Assembly: GCF_001194135.2 (NCBI RefSeq)
Contig: NC_068992.1
Location: 57,557,008-57,594,695, forward strand
From: Octopus bimaculoides
Lineage: Eukaryota
Direction: 5' to 3'
DNA: 37,688 nucleotides
A program made the position numbers and the translations under genes. Positions 34,264 through 37,688 of this stretch are shown here, piece by piece. The first letter of the stretch is position 1. Each line of letters starts with the position of its first letter. Below the pieces are notes generated by a model. The model ran no database searches, was not told the DNA's origin, and saw nothing but the letters and a program-made list of their open reading frames with translations.

Positions 34264-34275
34264 TGATCGTTTGAT
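34264..34275 (-). CDS. candidate 12-nt microexon ATCAAACGATCA
   Basis: Long pyrimidine tract ctgttctgttttccgttcttgttttctatcttccag|, then 12 nt, then |gtaaga; no stop in any frame; flanks are non-repeat sequence. Confidence 0.4.
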
Positions 34276-34637
34276 CTGGAAGATAGAAAACAAGAACGGA
34301 AAACAGAACAGTTATATTTTTATTATATAATAATAATAATAATAATAATAATGATAATAATAATGATGATGATAATAATAACAGATGAAGCACACAAACA
34401 GCAGGAGTCTATACTCCTCCAATCTCCACTAAAACAAGAACACAATGCTGTACACACATCAGAAACACAGAGGTGTACCAGAAACTGTCAAACAACAACA
34501 ACAACAAATTTGATGATAATAATAATAATAATGATAACAATAAATTTGATAATAATAATAATAATAATAATAACAATGTTAGATTTCAAGAAATGAAATT
34601 CTAAATTGAACATATATGTGTGTATGTATATATGCAT

Positions 34638-34680
<43 letters not shown>

Positions 34681-34693
34681 CACACACATACAT

Positions 34694-34733
<40 letters not shown>

Positions 34734-35582
34734 AAACACATATACACATACATACATGGTGATAAACATTAATGAAAAGACCAGCTGCAATATTATATCT
34801 TAAAACTTTGAAAATAAGCAACATCATATTAAAACTATTATGATGTGAGCGATTAAGTAACAATATTGATGTCTAATATAGGCATAAGGCTACACCTTTT
34901 TGGGTGGGGTTGGGGGGTGCACAGACAAGGGAGTAGATTACTGTCCCCTCCTTGCCACCATCACCTGTACTTAACTGCTTCATATATAATATGGACATCT
35001 CAGCCCTGAGAAGTTTTAAACTCAGAATGTAAGGGGAGATAAATCGCCTGACCACTAAACTGTTCTCTAATTAATTCTCATAAAAAAAAACAAAATTAAT
35101 TAATTAAGCAGAACTCTCATGTTATCATCAATCTCATGAGATGTGAATAAAGATTCTAATTTCAGTGTGAGTGCTCAAATGTAGATTGTCTCAATCGAGT
35201 TGATATTAACCCTTCTACTGCAGAAATCAGATATATTTTCTTAAAATTCTATTTCCATTTTGTAACTGTGGAGAGCAATCTTATATATCAGTCTACCTTA
35301 TGTTGAGGTATGCCATGTTTGAAACCAGTTTTGTTGAGATACATCAATACAACTTGCATAAATTTACCAATTCTATTTTTCAGTAGATATCTAATGACAT
35401 TACTGAAATAACTACGAAAGTTAATTTTGCAGTTAAAGAGTCTAAAATGGTAAAGTAAAGCCTGTAGATACAAATTTATTCGAGAGGAAGAATGAGACAA
35501 AATGATATTTATACCTCGAGAGTCAAACATTGCTAACCAATAAGTTGATGAAAATTATTAATCCAAAAATAGAAAAGTATCG

Positions 35583-35596
35583 GTTACCATGGCAAC
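35583..35596. promoter_or_regulatory. RFX X-box GTTACCATGGCAAC
   Basis: Exact match to the palindromic consensus GTYNCC-AT-GGNAAC in non-repeat DNA. Confidence 0.55.
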
Positions 35597-35871
35597 AATA
35601 ATAATGCACAGATTCTAACCCCACCCCCAACCCACCGCATCACACAAAGCAATCAATCATCTTCACTGAATTCTATTCTTGGTGTTTTATCATGATGTAT
35701 ATATGTTTACTTTTGATATTTCATGACCGTTGCCACCCACGCTTACAAGGATGCCGATAGAATAGAATGGCTTCTGCTAATTTGGTCAACAGAATAACGT
35801 CATTGATATTATTTCGGGAGTGGCTGCCCCTACCCCCACTCTATCTCTTTCCATAACATCCAACACTCAAC

Positions 35872-36022
35872 ACCACCATTATCGTCAGCATTTAACATCT
35901 GTTTTCCATGCTGGCATGGGTTAGACGGTTTGACATGGAGCTGACCAGCTGGGACCTATCCAGACTCCAACTGTCTGTTGTGGCATGGTTTCTACAGTTG
36001 GATGCCCTTCTTAACACTAAAT
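35872..36022 (-). mobile_element. family 4 fragment
   Basis: catttaacatctgttttccatgctggcatgggttagacggtttgac...ttctacagttggatgcccttc. Confidence 0.75.
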
Positions 36023-36039
36023 ACAAATCTGCCACGAGA

Positions 36040-36265
36040 AGGTAGGCTCATGAGATCCATGAGGTCAGGACATAGCTAGACTTTTAAGGTGTTTACGCAA
36101 CTGAGAACACAAAGATGGGACTTACTTGCAAGGCTAACCCCCACCTCTAGCTACCATTAATACTCACTTTTTAGTTAAGTGCATTGGGGTTCAAGAGATG
36201 CCCGGTGCAAAAACTTGAACTCTTGGTCTAACAACTACGAACTCAACACTCTTACCAATAGGCCA
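36040..36265 (-). mobile_element. old family 6-like SINE
   Basis: Reverse-complemented head (cttgaactc, ttaccaataggcca) and tactcactttttagttaagtgcattgg body; highly diverged. Confidence 0.45.
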
Positions 36266-36799
36266 AAATACAAACCTCCTTGCTGAACAAGATGTTACCC
36301 TATCAGAGGTGCAACTCCCATTTTCCACTGGCACTCAATTTCAGATAAATGGATTGGGGCACCATGACAACCAATCCAAGAATTTGAACACACATCCCCA
36401 CAATTGGGTGCCCAACATCTTATATATATATATATTATACAAGAGGAAGAGAGAGAGAAACCAATGATACTAGTCATCTTCATGTACCAATCCATAGGTC
36501 AGTCAATATTATATACAGTCGTATTAGTATTCTTTGTTGCTGTTACTGTACAGATATTCGAAAATGTAAAAAGAAAACAAAGATAACAATACCAAAGTAA
36601 TTTATACAATTTTAACGAGATAATTAAATAAACTTTGGAAAGAACAGTAAAGATCCAAGAGATGCTAAACGAAAGAAAGAATATAATATTTAATGCTGAA
36701 ATGGGTATTTTATGGTGCTTTTGACAGTTATTTATTAGCTTTTTTTTGGTGTTGTTGTTTTAATTATTAGTGAAAAGAGATGAAGGACCACGGCCCATA

Positions 36800-37150
36800 G
36801 TTGCTCAATACTGGTGACAATAATGAAACGCTGGTCAGTTTGAGTGTTTGTAGAGCTAAAGAATGTCAGTTAAGGCAACTGGAAGGCAAAAGAAGAGAAT
36901 TTCTGGAAGATGGCAAAGAGTCCCGGGAATAGAATGGTTGAAAACAGTGTTTACAAAGAATGTACTCTTCTCATCACACCCCGCAAGAGGAGGAGATGAG
37001 TTGAGAAACAGTAGAAAGGGTGAGATTGAGGAATGAGTCAGGGGCCGAATGCATCAAGAGGTGGTATGCAGATGGCTAGTTCAAGAGAGCAGATGCCATT
37101 ACAGTAGCAGTTGAATAAATAGCATGAGGACACAGTATACCTGTTAATAA
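36800..37150 (-). mobile_element. decayed CR1-like LINE ORF2 3' end
   Basis: Translates VSSCYLFNCYCNGICSLELAICIPP*, resembling the (R)RxVxSLxLFYRYxxGxCSxEL motif of CR1-group ORF2 C-termini; stops and frameshifts follow. Confidence 0.55.
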
Positions 37151-37239
37151 TTACTTCATATCTGCCGAAAACGTATACATGTGTGTTTGTGTGTATGCGT
37201 GTGTGTGTACATGGGTGCGCACGCACGCATGTCAATTAC

Positions 37240-37390
37240 ATCATCATCATCATTTTAACTCCACTTTTCCAGGCTCGCATGGGTTGGACGGAGTTGATTT
37301 AAAGCATATTCTCTATGGCTAGATGCTCTTCCTGTCACCAACCCATACCTGTTTCCAAGCAAGGTAATATTTTCCTATGGGCGAGACATA
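37240..37390 (-). mobile_element. 3' end of family 1b SINE
   Basis: catcatcatcattttaactccacttttccaggctcgcatgggttggacgg...gtttccaagcaaggtaatatt. Confidence 0.75.
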
Positions 37391-37497
37391 TACAATGTAT
37401 ATATTTGAGCATTTAATTTCAAAAATTAAAATTTTCAAAGCTATGTTCCAAACTTTTGACCACAACTGTGTAAATATATATATATATATATATATAT

Positions 37498-37688
37498 TTT
37501 GTTGGCACTCTCTCGCTTACGACGTCGAGGGTTCCAGTTGATCTGATCAACGGAACAGCCTGCTCGTGAAATTAACGTGCAAGTGGCTGAGCACTCCACA
37601 GACACATGTACCCTTAACGTAGTTCTCGGGGATATTCAGGGTGACACAGTGTGACAAGGCTGACCCTTTGAATTACAGGTACAACAGA
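37498..37688 (-). mobile_element. family 3 SINE, 3' part (runs off window)
   Basis: Near-identical to 5034-5225. Confidence 0.92.

Overview
AT-rich, microsatellite-dense animal genomic DNA from a gappy scaffold, with six N gaps (1566-1601, 5904-6128, 16698-16707, 19889-19983, 23167-23877, 27657-28010). From my recollection of the SINE families and the (AAT)n/(CA)n/(GAT)n density it looks like an octopus genome; this is inference, not a database result. Most of the window is interspersed repeat: several modular tRNA-derived SINE families, piggyBac-like and Tc1/mariner-like MITEs, decayed RTE and CR1 LINE 3' ends, minisatellites and a 5S rRNA pseudogene. No complete gene is present, and nearly all ORFs in the supplied track are artefacts of triplet repeats, SINEs or N runs. 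The best coding candidate is a minus-strand low-complexity exon (22656-23165), and a few short minus-strand segments have strong splice signals, so this may be intronic DNA of a large minus-strand gene that I cannot name. I did not find a convincing novel biological system. The best leads are a candidate 12-nt microexon, a perfect RFX X-box, a 160-bp fold-back element, a 5S pseudogene abutting a SINE, chimeric SINEs, and a structured island with hammerhead-like core motifs.
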